NCBI GenBank assembly: GCA_011773515.1
Contig: WVXK01000062.1
Coordinates: forward strand, 164,928 to 228,927
Length of the DNA: 64,000 bases
Source: Deltaproteobacteria bacterium
GTDB lineage: Bacteria; Desulfobacterota; Deferrimicrobia; J040
Direction of reading: 5' to 3'
Every line of letters begins with the position of its first letter. Within the stretch, counting starts at the first letter, position 1. Below the pieces are notes generated by a model. The model was not told the origin of the DNA. It saw only the letters and a list, made by a program, of their open reading frames with translations, and made no database searches. This document shows, piece by piece, positions 38,198-46,913 of the stretch. The translations under genes and the position numbers were made by a program.

Positions 38198-38832
38198 AAA
38201 AAAGCGTCGTCACCGTGAACAAGGACAATAGCCTCATCGAGGCGAAGGGCAAGATGGTGAGGCACGGGGTAAACCAGCTGCCGGTAATGGACGGAGATAC
38301 AATCGTTGGCATCATATCCAAGAGAGACATTGACTCCGCTACGATGCCCCTTATCCTCCTCGGAGAAATGGAGGAGGGAAAAATCAGGGAAATCCTCGAG
38401 ACAACGAAGGTAACGAAGCTGATGACGAAAAATCCCATCGTGGCGAACGTGAACGATACCCTCGAGGACGCCGTCATCCTCATCCACGACCACAGGATAG
38501 GCTCACTCCCCGTCCTGACCGACGAGGGGAAGCTCGCCGGTATCATATCGAAAACGGACGTTCTCGACGCCTTCATCGAGGCTCTCGGGGTAAACGAGGT
38601 AAGCCAGCGCCTGGAAGTTGTGGTCGATGACAAAGCGGGAACGCTGGCTGAAGTGATAAACATCATAAAACGATTCAAAACAAACCTGATAAGCCTCATC
38701 ACAACACCTCACCCTCTGCGCGGAAAGAGAATAGTCTACCTGAGGGTGGCGAGTTTGAACGTACTGCCCATAAAGAAAGCCCTCGAGGAAAAAGGTATCG
38801 AAATTCTCGATCCCAGGAATCCTCCCGGATGA
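38176..38832 (+). CDS. acuB: AcuB-like tandem CBS + ACT protein (paralog 2)
   Basis: QLPVM, GIISKRDI, IGSLPV, GIISKTD, ACT motif DKAGTLAEV; overlaps the deacetylase end. Confidence 0.8.
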   Translation: MFVRRRMKKSVVTVNKDNSLIEAKGKMVRHGVNQLPVMDGDTIVGIISKRDIDSATMPLILLGEMEEGKIREILETTKVTKLMTKNPIVANVNDTLEDAVILIHDHRIGSLPVLTDEGKLAGIISKTDVLDAFIEALGVNEVSQRLEVVVDDKAGTLAEVINIIKRFKTNLISLITTPHPLRGKRIVYLRVASLNVLPIKKALEEKGIEILDPRNPPG

Positions 38833-39593
38833 TGATGGACCTTGCTCTGTTCTTTGCCGGTTTCGTCGCAGGTACCTTCGGCGCCCTCCTGGGTATTGGC
38901 GGCGGTGTGATCGTCGTGCCGGTCCTGGTCCTTTTCGCCAAGGTACCGATAAGAATTGCCATCGGCACGAGCTTCATAGCCGTGCTGGCAACATCCCTCT
39001 CTGCAGCATCGTCTTACCTGAAAAAGGGGTTGTGCGACATCGAAACGGGGATACGGCTCGAAACGGCAACAGTCACGGGGGCGGCAATAGGCGCTTATCT
39101 TGCCGGTACCGTAAACCCCCGGGTCCTCCAGACCGCATTCGCCGTAATACTCGTGTATGTTTCCTTTACCATGCTGAGAAAAAAAGGGGCGGTGGGAAAG
39201 CAGTCAGCATTTAAAAGCGGCCTTTCCCGGAACCGGGGCCGTGTGGCAGACGCGGTCTCGTTCTTTGCAGGGATACTTTCCGGATCGCTGGGTGTCGGCG
39301 GCGGCCTCATCAAGGTCCCCCTTCTTCACCGTCTCCTCAATTTCCCCATGGCAGAGGCAATCGCGACGAGCAGTTACATGATCGGGATAACCGTGGCAAC
39401 GAGCACCCTTGTATTCACCTTCAGGGGCGATGTCGACCCCTATATCGCAGCCCCCCTCGTGGTGGGAATATTTCTGGGGGCAAGCCAGGGGGCACGTATC
39501 ATGCAGAAAATTCCGGAAAAAGTGCTGAGAGTGTCATTTTCACTGCTTCTCCTCTATTTTTCCGCCAGGTTCCTGATCATGGGAGTGGGGTGA
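38829..39593 (+). CDS. TauE/SafE (TSUP) family exporter
   Basis: GALLGIGGGVIVVP and GSLGVGGGLIKVP internal repeat; multiple TM helices. Confidence 0.88.
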   Translation: MMMDLALFFAGFVAGTFGALLGIGGGVIVVPVLVLFAKVPIRIAIGTSFIAVLATSLSAASSYLKKGLCDIETGIRLETATVTGAAIGAYLAGTVNPRVLQTAFAVILVYVSFTMLRKKGAVGKQSAFKSGLSRNRGRVADAVSFFAGILSGSLGVGGGLIKVPLLHRLLNFPMAEAIATSSYMIGITVATSTLVFTFRGDVDPYIAAPLVVGIFLGASQGARIMQKIPEKVLRVSFSLLLLYFSARFLIMGVG

Positions 39594-39594
39594 C

Positions 39595-39885
39595 ATGGAA
39601 GAGAAAATAGGCAGGAAGCTTGCTTTTTTATTCAGAGTTGCCCTCTACCTTTCCATCGCTGCGATGATTGCCGGAAAGATCATCCACAGGTTCCAGTCCC
39701 GGTTCGGGGATGTGGCCGTCAATGCGGGAGTCTACCTGATCATACTCTGCCCGCTCATCGGCCTGCTCACCGTCATGTTCGACAGCTACCGGTCAGGGAA
39801 GCGTAAACTGTTCCTTCTCAGCCTCGCCGTTTCATCCCTGATCCTTCTCCTCATGACGGTCTTCCTCGCGGCGGGGAGAACCTAA
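39595..39885 (+). CDS. Small 3-TM membrane protein (DUF1634-like TauE partner)
   Basis: Three hydrophobic helices; starts 1 nt after the TauE stop. Confidence 0.55.
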   Translation: MEEKIGRKLAFLFRVALYLSIAAMIAGKIIHRFQSRFGDVAVNAGVYLIILCPLIGLLTVMFDSYRSGKRKLFLLSLAVSSLILLLMTVFLAAGRT

Positions 39886-41246
39886 CCCCGGGATGCCAGG
39901 ATTCCCCTCGCGGCGAGTATGCCGTTTAGCGCAGCGCCGACAATTCCCCTCGACTTACCCACACCGTCTCCGGCAACGTAAAGTCCCTCAACCGAGGTCT
40001 GCATGTCCCTCCCCGTCACATACTTCGTGTCATAATACTTTATCTCGGGGACATAGATGAGCGCCGAGGGATGGAGCACTCCGGGGAGGACTTTGCCGAG
40101 GAGGCCCAGGCTCTCCCTCAGGTTGTCGACGATGCGTCCCGGGTAGGCAAAAGAAACATCACCGGGGGTGACATATCTGCCCGGGGGCAGTGTGGGCTCC
40201 AGTTTGTCATACCCCTTGTCCCGGGAGTAAAATGTCTCCTTCTTCGAGCGGGAGCCGCCGAGCAGGTCACCCAGCCTCTGTACGATTGCGCTCCTCGAGC
40301 CCCCCCAGAAATTGGCAAACTCGGCAATTTTGATACCCATGAGCTTCGTGTCCTGCACCGGCTCGGTCATGGTGACCGTATTGAGGATCGCAAAGTTCGT
40401 GTTCTTGGTCTTCTTTTTCTTCAAGGCGTCCCCGTTGACGAGGACGTAGTCCTGATTTTTCTCGATCCTTACCCTCCCGAAGGGATTGGTGCAGAAGGTT
40501 CTCGTCATGTCCCGGTGCGTGGGTGTAACGAAGTGAAATTTGGGGTCGTAGAGAACCGACGTTATCTCCTCCATCACCGAAGCCGATACCTCGATACGGC
40601 ACCCGATATCGATAGGGCCAAACTGCATTTCCGTTCCCAGAGCTCTGGCCACCTCCCTGAACCAGTAGGCACCCTCCCTGCCGGGTGCCGCCACCACCAT
40701 GGGCGAGTAGTATCTCTCTCCCTCCGTTTCTACAACGAAGCTCGCATCCCGGCGCACCGACCTGACCATCTCCCCCATCGCAAACACAACCCCGCCAGCC
40801 ATGATTTTTTTCACCAGGTTCTCTATCACGAGACAGGTCATATCGGTACCCATGTGCCTCTGGCGGGCCGGCACGAGGCTGACATCGAACCTGCCATCCT
40901 CGTATTGGTGCTGCACCCAGGAGACCTTCTCGAGCCACCACTCGATCTTCATCTCATCGACGCCATAGAGCGTGGGGTCTGCACCGCAATCGAGAAATAC
41001 CGAATCGATGTAATCGATTATCTCCTGCGCCCCGGAATGGTCGAGTGTGAGCTCATCGAGGTCCATGCCGATCAAGGGGGTCAAGTTGAGCTTACCGTCT
41101 GTGAGCGTCCCCGCACCCCCTGCCCTTTTCTTCCCGTCCAGAACGAGAACGTTCAGCTTCCCCGACAGTTCGAGGGCAGCAAAGAGACCGGCAGGACCGG
41201 CACCAATAATGATCACATCATAGAGGTTCGACTCTTTTTCCGCCAA
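39882..41246 (-). CDS. FAD-dependent oxidoreductase of unknown substrate
   Basis: IIGAGPAG, GGAGTLTDGKL, RHMGTD, DIGCRIE, RTFCTNP, AGDGVG. Confidence 0.85.
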   Translation of the reverse strand: MAEKESNLYDVIIIGAGPAGLFAALELSGKLNVLVLDGKKRAGGAGTLTDGKLNLTPLIGMDLDELTLDHSGAQEIIDYIDSVFLDCGADPTLYGVDEMKIEWWLEKVSWVQHQYEDGRFDVSLVPARQRHMGTDMTCLVIENLVKKIMAGGVVFAMGEMVRSVRRDASFVVETEGERYYSPMVVAAPGREGAYWFREVARALGTEMQFGPIDIGCRIEVSASVMEEITSVLYDPKFHFVTPTHRDMTRTFCTNPFGRVRIEKNQDYVLVNGDALKKKKTKNTNFAILNTVTMTEPVQDTKLMGIKIAEFANFWGGSRSAIVQRLGDLLGGSRSKKETFYSRDKGYDKLEPTLPPGRYVTPGDVSFAYPGRIVDNLRESLGLLGKVLPGVLHPSALIYVPEIKYYDTKYVTGRDMQTSVEGLYVAGDGVGKSRGIVGAALNGILAARGILASRG

Positions 41247-42258
41247 CCCTGACCTCCAGTCCGCCGGAAATGGAAAAAGGAATGGGGATGAATCCGGCTT
41301 TTTCTGCGAGCTCTGATGCCCTCCGGCGATAGCCGGGGCTTTTGAGGATTCCGAACATGGTTCCTCCCCCGCCCGCTCCGCAGAGCCTCGCCGAGAAGAT
41401 CACTTTTTTCACCTCTCTACTGCGCGTAAATTTTTCGAAAACCCCAACGGTTACATTCGGCGAAAGGCTTTTCCGCACCTGCCATTCATCGTCGATTATC
41501 TTGCCAAGCCTCGCAGGGTCCCTGTCGGCGATGGCAACCGAGGCATACTCCGCAAGTGAAAGAAGCCGTACAAACTTTTCCTCTCCCCCCCTTCCCCCAT
41601 CGAGCAGTTTTTTCACAAGAAGCCAGTTTTCATTGGCACTCACGTGGGAAACGCCCGTGAAGGCCAAAAACCCGTATTCCTCCAGGAACCGGCATTCCGC
41701 CTTGTCTTTCTTGATATTTACCAGCTGGGTCTTTCCCGGGGAAAATCTGATTACGTTCAGCCCGCCGTAAACTGCCGGCACATAATCCTGTTTTCCCGTC
41801 ATCATTTTTATCAGAGAAGACTCTATCTCAGATGCCACGAGAAACAGGTTCTTCAGTGGGACGAGATTGTTCGAAAAAAACCCGGTCGCGGTGAGAAGCG
41901 CAACGATAAGAGATGACGAAGCGCCAAGCCCCGATCCCAGGGGAGCCTCCGAATCGAAGGTAAGGACAAAGTTTCCAAACGGGGGAAAATACTCGAATAC
42001 ATGTTTGATAACCGAGAGGCGCCCCTTGTTTTCGAGGGAATGGGTATTCTCGAACTCCCGTTTTTCTCCCTTGCCGAAGTTGATCTGGATCCCCTCCTCC
42101 ACCCTTTTTTTCAAGGTTACCCGGGAAAACATATTGATCGCGAAGTTCACCGTGAGGGATGACCCGATTACGTTATAGATCGGATATACGTCGAGGGTTC
42201 CCCCCGCGATGTCAACCCTGACGGGGGCCTTGACCGTAATAGTGGAGGCGCCTGCCAT
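41218..42258 (-). CDS. GHMP kinase (HddA-like sugar-phosphate kinase)
   Basis: APVRVDIAGGTLD, PLGSGLGASS, GKQD, CGAGGGG. Confidence 0.85.
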   Translation of the reverse strand: MAGASTITVKAPVRVDIAGGTLDVYPIYNVIGSSLTVNFAINMFSRVTLKKRVEEGIQINFGKGEKREFENTHSLENKGRLSVIKHVFEYFPPFGNFVLTFDSEAPLGSGLGASSSLIVALLTATGFFSNNLVPLKNLFLVASEIESSLIKMMTGKQDYVPAVYGGLNVIRFSPGKTQLVNIKKDKAECRFLEEYGFLAFTGVSHVSANENWLLVKKLLDGGRGGEEKFVRLLSLAEYASVAIADRDPARLGKIIDDEWQVRKSLSPNVTVGVFEKFTRSREVKKVIFSARLCGAGGGGTMFGILKSPGYRRRASELAEKAGFIPIPFSISGGLEVRVGGKRVEPL

Positions 42259-42413
42259 AGTATCCTTTTACCACTGAAGCGATGTGCCTTGCAATTCCAA
42301 CTCTTCAGGTTCAAAGAGGTTTTCTGCATGGAAAGAGATAAGTCCTTGCGAAAGAAAAGGGGGATACATACAATCGATATAAGACGTAAAAAAACGGGAA
42401 AGGAGGGGATGAG

Positions 42414-43118
42414 ATGGCAAAGGCAAAAGTAAAGTGGCTCGGTCATTCCGGATTTAAGATAACCTCTCCAAAAGGCAAGGTGATATTCATCGACCCCTGG
42501 TTCGAGGGAAACCCCCAGGCGAAAGAAGACAAAACGGCTCTCGGGAGGGGGGATTTTTTGCTCGTCACCCACGACCACTTCGACCACGCAGGTGACGCCC
42601 TCTCAGTGGCAAAAGGCACGGGGGCCCTCGTGATAAGCATTTTCGAAATAGCCGTCGACCTGAAACAGAAGGGCGTTCCCGAATCCCAGATCCTGCACGG
42701 CGGAAACGGCATGAACATTGGTGGGACCGTGAGCATTGACGGCATTTCATTCACGATGGTTCAGGCCTTCCATTCCAGCACCCTCGGGGCACCCGTCGGC
42801 TTCGTGATAAAGCTCGAAGATGGGTTCACCATATATCACGCCGGCGACACGGGCCTGTTCTCGGAGATGGGGCTAATCGGGGAGCTGTATGGCGTGGACC
42901 TCGCCATCCTGCCCGTGGGTTCCGTATTCACCATGGACGGGCTGCAGGCAGCAAAAGCACTGAGCCTGATCAAGCCCAGGATTGCGATACCGATGCACTT
43001 CGGCACATTCCCCATTCTGGATCAGACGGCGGAGAGCTTCGTGGAAAAGGCCGCCCTCATGTCTCCCGACGTGAAAATAGAAGTCCTCGCTCCCGGGGAA
43101 GAAAAAGAGTTCTCATAG
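42414..43118 (+). CDS. Metallo-beta-lactamase-fold hydrolase (UPF0173)
   Basis: WLGHS, IDPW, THDHFDH, MNIGG, HAGDT, IPMHFGTFP. Confidence 0.9.
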   Translation: MAKAKVKWLGHSGFKITSPKGKVIFIDPWFEGNPQAKEDKTALGRGDFLLVTHDHFDHAGDALSVAKGTGALVISIFEIAVDLKQKGVPESQILHGGNGMNIGGTVSIDGISFTMVQAFHSSTLGAPVGFVIKLEDGFTIYHAGDTGLFSEMGLIGELYGVDLAILPVGSVFTMDGLQAAKALSLIKPRIAIPMHFGTFPILDQTAESFVEKAALMSPDVKIEVLAPGEEKEFS

Positions 43119-43248
43119 ATGTGCAGGGACTTTTCGTTTTGGCATAAGGCACAGCCAGCGACACCGCGCCTCTGCCTTCAATTCCCTATTATGAGCAAGC
43201 TCGCCGGCAACGGGCGTGACTGCTTAAAAACCGGGAATGGAAAACGAT

Positions 43249-43500
43249 TCACTGGATTACCCTGTTGAAGGCCCCCTTTATCGCCCGTCTGAAGCGAGGC
43301 AGGTATACCAGGTCGAAAACGTAACCTTTTCCGGGAAAGAGATTTTCAGATATTTCTCTCAGACGGGTGATCATTCTCTGGGCGTCCTCCAGAGAGACAT
43401 CTCCCGACATGATCAGCCAGAGATTGAGGTCGACGAGAATCCGCAAATAGCGTATCTTCCTGTTTTCCTCCCTGACTTTCATCTCATCATGCTTGGTCAT
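43249..43500 (-). CDS. Small helical hypothetical protein
   Basis: 83 aa, co-oriented downstream of uppP; LFPGKGYVFDLVYLPRFRR looks like a conserved motif. Confidence 0.65.
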   Translation of the reverse strand: MTKHDEMKVREENRKIRYLRILVDLNLWLIMSGDVSLEDAQRMITRLREISENLFPGKGYVFDLVYLPRFRRAIKGAFNRVIQ

Positions 43501-43546
43501 AGAGAAAACCTTTTGACCCGTTTCTCCTTATTTCGGGACACCTGCG

Positions 43547-44329
43547 TTACCCGGAGAAAGCGAAGGTGAAGAGGGTGAGCGCGAGAAGGTAATACCCGAA
43601 AAAGTGCATCTTCATTCTCATGACCACTTTTTTCAGTATAGCAAGAGACAGGTAGCTCGAAAAGAAAGCTGCCGCAAAACCAAGGAACATGGCCGGAACG
43701 GGAAAAGTCGTAAAAAACTTTCCCTGGGCAACGTGCAGACCCACCGCGCTTGCAATCGCCGGGATCGACAGGATAAAGGAAAATGTGAAGGATGATCGTT
43801 GATTTACCCCCAATATAATGCCCGTCATGATCGTCGACCCCGAGCGGGAAAGGCCGGGAATGACCGAGAGTCCCTGCATCGTCCCGATTAGGAGGGCTCT
43901 CAGGCCCGTAACCTCCCCTGCCGGGTTGTGAGGGAGAAAAGATGGCACGACGAGGATGAGTGCGGTGGCAAAGAAGCCAGCCCTGACCACGTTCAAGGAG
44001 GCAAAGATAGATTCGTAATTGTGGGCCGTGGCAAACCCGATCAGGAGGGTGGGAATCGTAGCTACGAGTATGTAGGACAGATAGGTCAATCCGCTCTTTT
44101 CCCTCCTCGCTCCCGACCCGATTATTTCAGAAAGCTCATTCCTGAAGAAGCAGACCGTGGCTGCCATGGTTGCGAGGTGAAGTAGGACATCGAAAAAGAG
44201 CTCCGGCTCCTTTAGCCCTAAGAGTCGCTGGAAAAGGACGAGGTGCCCCGAGCTGGAAACGGGCAGAAACTCGGTCACCCCCTGCAGTAAGCCGAGGAAT
44301 ATGGCGTATAAAATTTTCTGGGAGAGCAA
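43547..44329 (-). CDS. uppP: Undecaprenyl-diphosphate phosphatase
   Basis: QGVTEFLPVSSSGH, PGLSRSGST, FSFILSIPA. Confidence 0.93.
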   Translation of the reverse strand: MLSQKILYAIFLGLLQGVTEFLPVSSSGHLVLFQRLLGLKEPELFFDVLLHLATMAATVCFFRNELSEIIGSGARREKSGLTYLSYILVATIPTLLIGFATAHNYESIFASLNVVRAGFFATALILVVPSFLPHNPAGEVTGLRALLIGTMQGLSVIPGLSRSGSTIMTGIILGVNQRSSFTFSFILSIPAIASAVGLHVAQGKFFTTFPVPAMFLGFAAAFFSSYLSLAILKKVVMRMKMHFFGYYLLALTLFTFAFSG

Positions 44330-44335
44330 AGCTTT

Positions 44336-45703
44336 CTAGTCCCGAGCCTTTCTTGCTTCCATGGCCGCCTTCACCGCCTTCAAAACAGTGGACCTTATTT
44401 TCTCAACCTCCGCCTCACTTACCCCCTCGTATCTCAGCACCAGCACGGGTTGTGTATTCGAGGCCCGAACAAGTCCCCAGCCGCCGTCAAACAGCGCCCG
44501 CACTCCGTCTATGGTGATCACTTCCTTCGCTTCGGGCGAGAGCAGCTTCCTTACCTCGTCAACCACGGCAAACTTATCCTCATCGGGACACTCCATCCTT
44601 ATCTCGGGAGTTGAGAAGAGATCGGGGAGATCTGAGAGGAGATATGAAAGGGGGTCTTTTGCCTTCGACAATATTTCGAAGAGCCGCGCCGAAGCGTAGA
44701 TCGCATCATCGAACCCGTAATACCGGTCCTTGAAAAATATGTGCCCGCTCATCTCCCCTGCCAGTTCAGCCCCCACATCTTTCATCTTGTTCTTTATCAG
44801 GGAATGGCCGGTCTTGAACATCACGGGATTCCCGCCATGTTTGCGGATGTCGTCGAAGAGGTTCTGGGATGCCTTGACCTCGGAAATAATCGTTGCGCCC
44901 GGTTTTCTCGTGAGCAGCTCACGGGAGAATATGACGAGGAGATAATCCCCGAATATGACATTCCCCCTCTCATCCACCACGCCGATCCGGTCTGCATCCC
45001 CGTCGTAACCGACGCCTACGTCGGCTCCCGTCTCTTTGACCTTTTCGATGAGCTTTTCCAGATTCTCCGGCACCGTGGGATCGGGAAAGTGATTGGGGAA
45101 GTTTCCGTCAGGTTCCTCGAAAAGAGGAATGACGTCGACGCCGATCTCCCTGAAAAGGGAGGGGGCCACGAGGCCTGCAGTTCCATTCCCGCAGTCGACA
45201 ACGGCCCTCACCTTCCCCTCGATCTTCACGTTATCCTTTATTTTCTCGATATAGAGGGGAATCACGTCCTCATTCCTGAGGGACCCCTCGCCATCCATGA
45301 ACTCGGCCCGTTCTATTACCTCCCTCACTTCCTGAATCATCTCCCCGTAGATCGCCGTGGTCCCGACGCATAGTTTGAAACCGTTGTACTCGGGGGGGTT
45401 GTGGCTGCCGGTAATCATGACGCCACCGTCGGTCTGAAGCTCTACTATCGAAAAGTACAAAAGAGGGGTCGGCACCACCCCGATATCCACGACATCCAGG
45501 CCCGAGGAGGTAAGACCCCGTATCATCGCTTCGCGAAAATCAGGGGATGACAGGCGCACATCCCTTCCAAGGGAGAGTTTTTTCACCCCTTTCCGCGAAC
45601 AGTACGCGGCAAAACCCCTGGCTATCTTAAAGACGCTTTCTGCCTCGAGGTCCTTTCCAACGACTCCCCGGATGTCATATTCCCTAAAAATTGTTCTCTC
45701 CAT
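44336..45703 (-). CDS. Phosphomannomutase / phosphoglucomutase (AlgC-like)
   Basis: FREYDIRG, TGSHNP, DGDADR, GEMSGH, RASNT. Confidence 0.95.
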   Translation of the reverse strand: MERTIFREYDIRGVVGKDLEAESVFKIARGFAAYCSRKGVKKLSLGRDVRLSSPDFREAMIRGLTSSGLDVVDIGVVPTPLLYFSIVELQTDGGVMITGSHNPPEYNGFKLCVGTTAIYGEMIQEVREVIERAEFMDGEGSLRNEDVIPLYIEKIKDNVKIEGKVRAVVDCGNGTAGLVAPSLFREIGVDVIPLFEEPDGNFPNHFPDPTVPENLEKLIEKVKETGADVGVGYDGDADRIGVVDERGNVIFGDYLLVIFSRELLTRKPGATIISEVKASQNLFDDIRKHGGNPVMFKTGHSLIKNKMKDVGAELAGEMSGHIFFKDRYYGFDDAIYASARLFEILSKAKDPLSYLLSDLPDLFSTPEIRMECPDEDKFAVVDEVRKLLSPEAKEVITIDGVRALFDGGWGLVRASNTQPVLVLRYEGVSEAEVEKIRSTVLKAVKAAMEARKARD

Positions 45704-46120
45704 GTTCCCAGCCCTCAGACTCCCTGGATAAAGGTTCGTTTCCCCGCAGGTCTTCGGCTATCTCCCGGCAACTTTTGTCCGGTGTGCACCTTCTGCAGCC
45801 TCACTGGCCGCTACCGTCACAACTTTTTTGTTGAACACGCTCGATATAATGCAGTCTCCAGACAGTTCCGAATCAGGCACACACAAAGTTCCCGCCTCTG
45901 CCGCGGCGGTCTCCATCTTCCCTCTGATCAACGGGCCCTTGCATCAAGAGCCCTCTGAAAAAATCCTTGTCTTCGACGATATCGGTGATAACGGACCCTG
46001 TCGACGCCGACACTCTTTTTCGCTCCCCCACTCGTCGGGCATTCTCGCAATTGTAAACTCTTATGCCTTTTATTTGCAATACCCTAACGGGTAATTTTTA
46101 CTTTTTACGCTGCAGAATTG

Positions 46121-46181
46121 TGAATATTTTTTCTCGCCCTGAAATATATGGTGCTATAATAAAGTTAATCTGAATATTTTT
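46121..46181 (+). promoter_or_regulatory. Extended -10 promoter (TGcTATAAT, 46152-46160) flanked by two TGAATATTTTT direct repeats
   Basis: Identical 11-mers at 46121 and 46171 in an AT-rich region upstream of the XRE regulator. Confidence 0.5.
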
Positions 46182-46314
46182 CATTTTTATAAATAAATTT
46201 TTTTAGGCAACCGTTCTAACAGTTGGAGTAAACGACATAACGAGCAAACTTTTTACCTCATATAAGATCGGGTAAGTCCGCCGACAGCCTCAATAAAAAA
46301 GGAGGTCAGGAAGT

Positions 46315-46863
46315 ATGAGCATCCAATCCATCGATGTAGGAAAAAGAATCAAGAGCATAAGAAAGCGCAAGGGATTAACCCTACAGGAACTATCGGATAA
46401 GAGTGGTATGAGCGCAACGGCAATAAGCGCAATCGAAAGAAACGTATCTTCCCCGACAGTTTCAACCCTCGTGAACATCGCACGGGCCCTGGGTGAATCG
46501 CTGAGTTCTCTTCTCGGTGAGGAAGAAAAGGAATATATATTCACAAAGAGTGAAAACCGCGAAACGATCGCGACGGAAATCAGGAACGTTGAGTTCAAGA
46601 GCCTCGGAAGTGGGCTGCCGAACCAGAAATTTCATCCCATGATTAGCATATTGCAACCCGGGGCAGGTAGTGGCGCCGATTATGCAAATCACGGCGGGGA
46701 GGATTTCTTCCTCGTTCTTCGGGGGGCAATCGAGATCGATATGGACGGGAAAATCTTCCGCCTCGAAGAGGGGGACAGCATCTACTTCAGGAGTACCATG
46801 CCCCACAGGTGGAAAAATCCAACCGAAGGGGAGACACACCTGCTGATCGTTTCTTCAAGGTAA
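46315..46863 (+). CDS. XRE-family HTH regulator with cupin sensor domain
   Basis: LTLQELS...ISAIERNVSSPTVSTL HTH; HGGEDF, GDSIYF, PHRW cupin; AGGAGG SD. Confidence 0.92.
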   Translation: MSIQSIDVGKRIKSIRKRKGLTLQELSDKSGMSATAISAIERNVSSPTVSTLVNIARALGESLSSLLGEEEKEYIFTKSENRETIATEIRNVEFKSLGSGLPNQKFHPMISILQPGAGSGADYANHGGEDFFLVLRGAIEIDMDGKIFRLEEGDSIYFRSTMPHRWKNPTEGETHLLIVSSR

Positions 46864-46867
46864 GTGG

Positions 46868-46895
46868 AAAGAGCCGCAGAATTCTGCGGCTCTTT
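46868..46895. terminator. Bidirectional intrinsic terminator
   Basis: Perfect 28-bp palindrome AAAGAGCCGCAGAATTCTGCGGCTCTTT between convergent genes. Confidence 0.8.
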
Positions 46896-46913
46896 TCTAC
46901 GGGTTCTATCAGG

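Noticed and set aside
45873..46079. 68-aa minus-strand ORF upstream of PMM/PGM
   Set aside because: TTG start, weak SD and no recognisable motif; cannot be supported, though not excluded.
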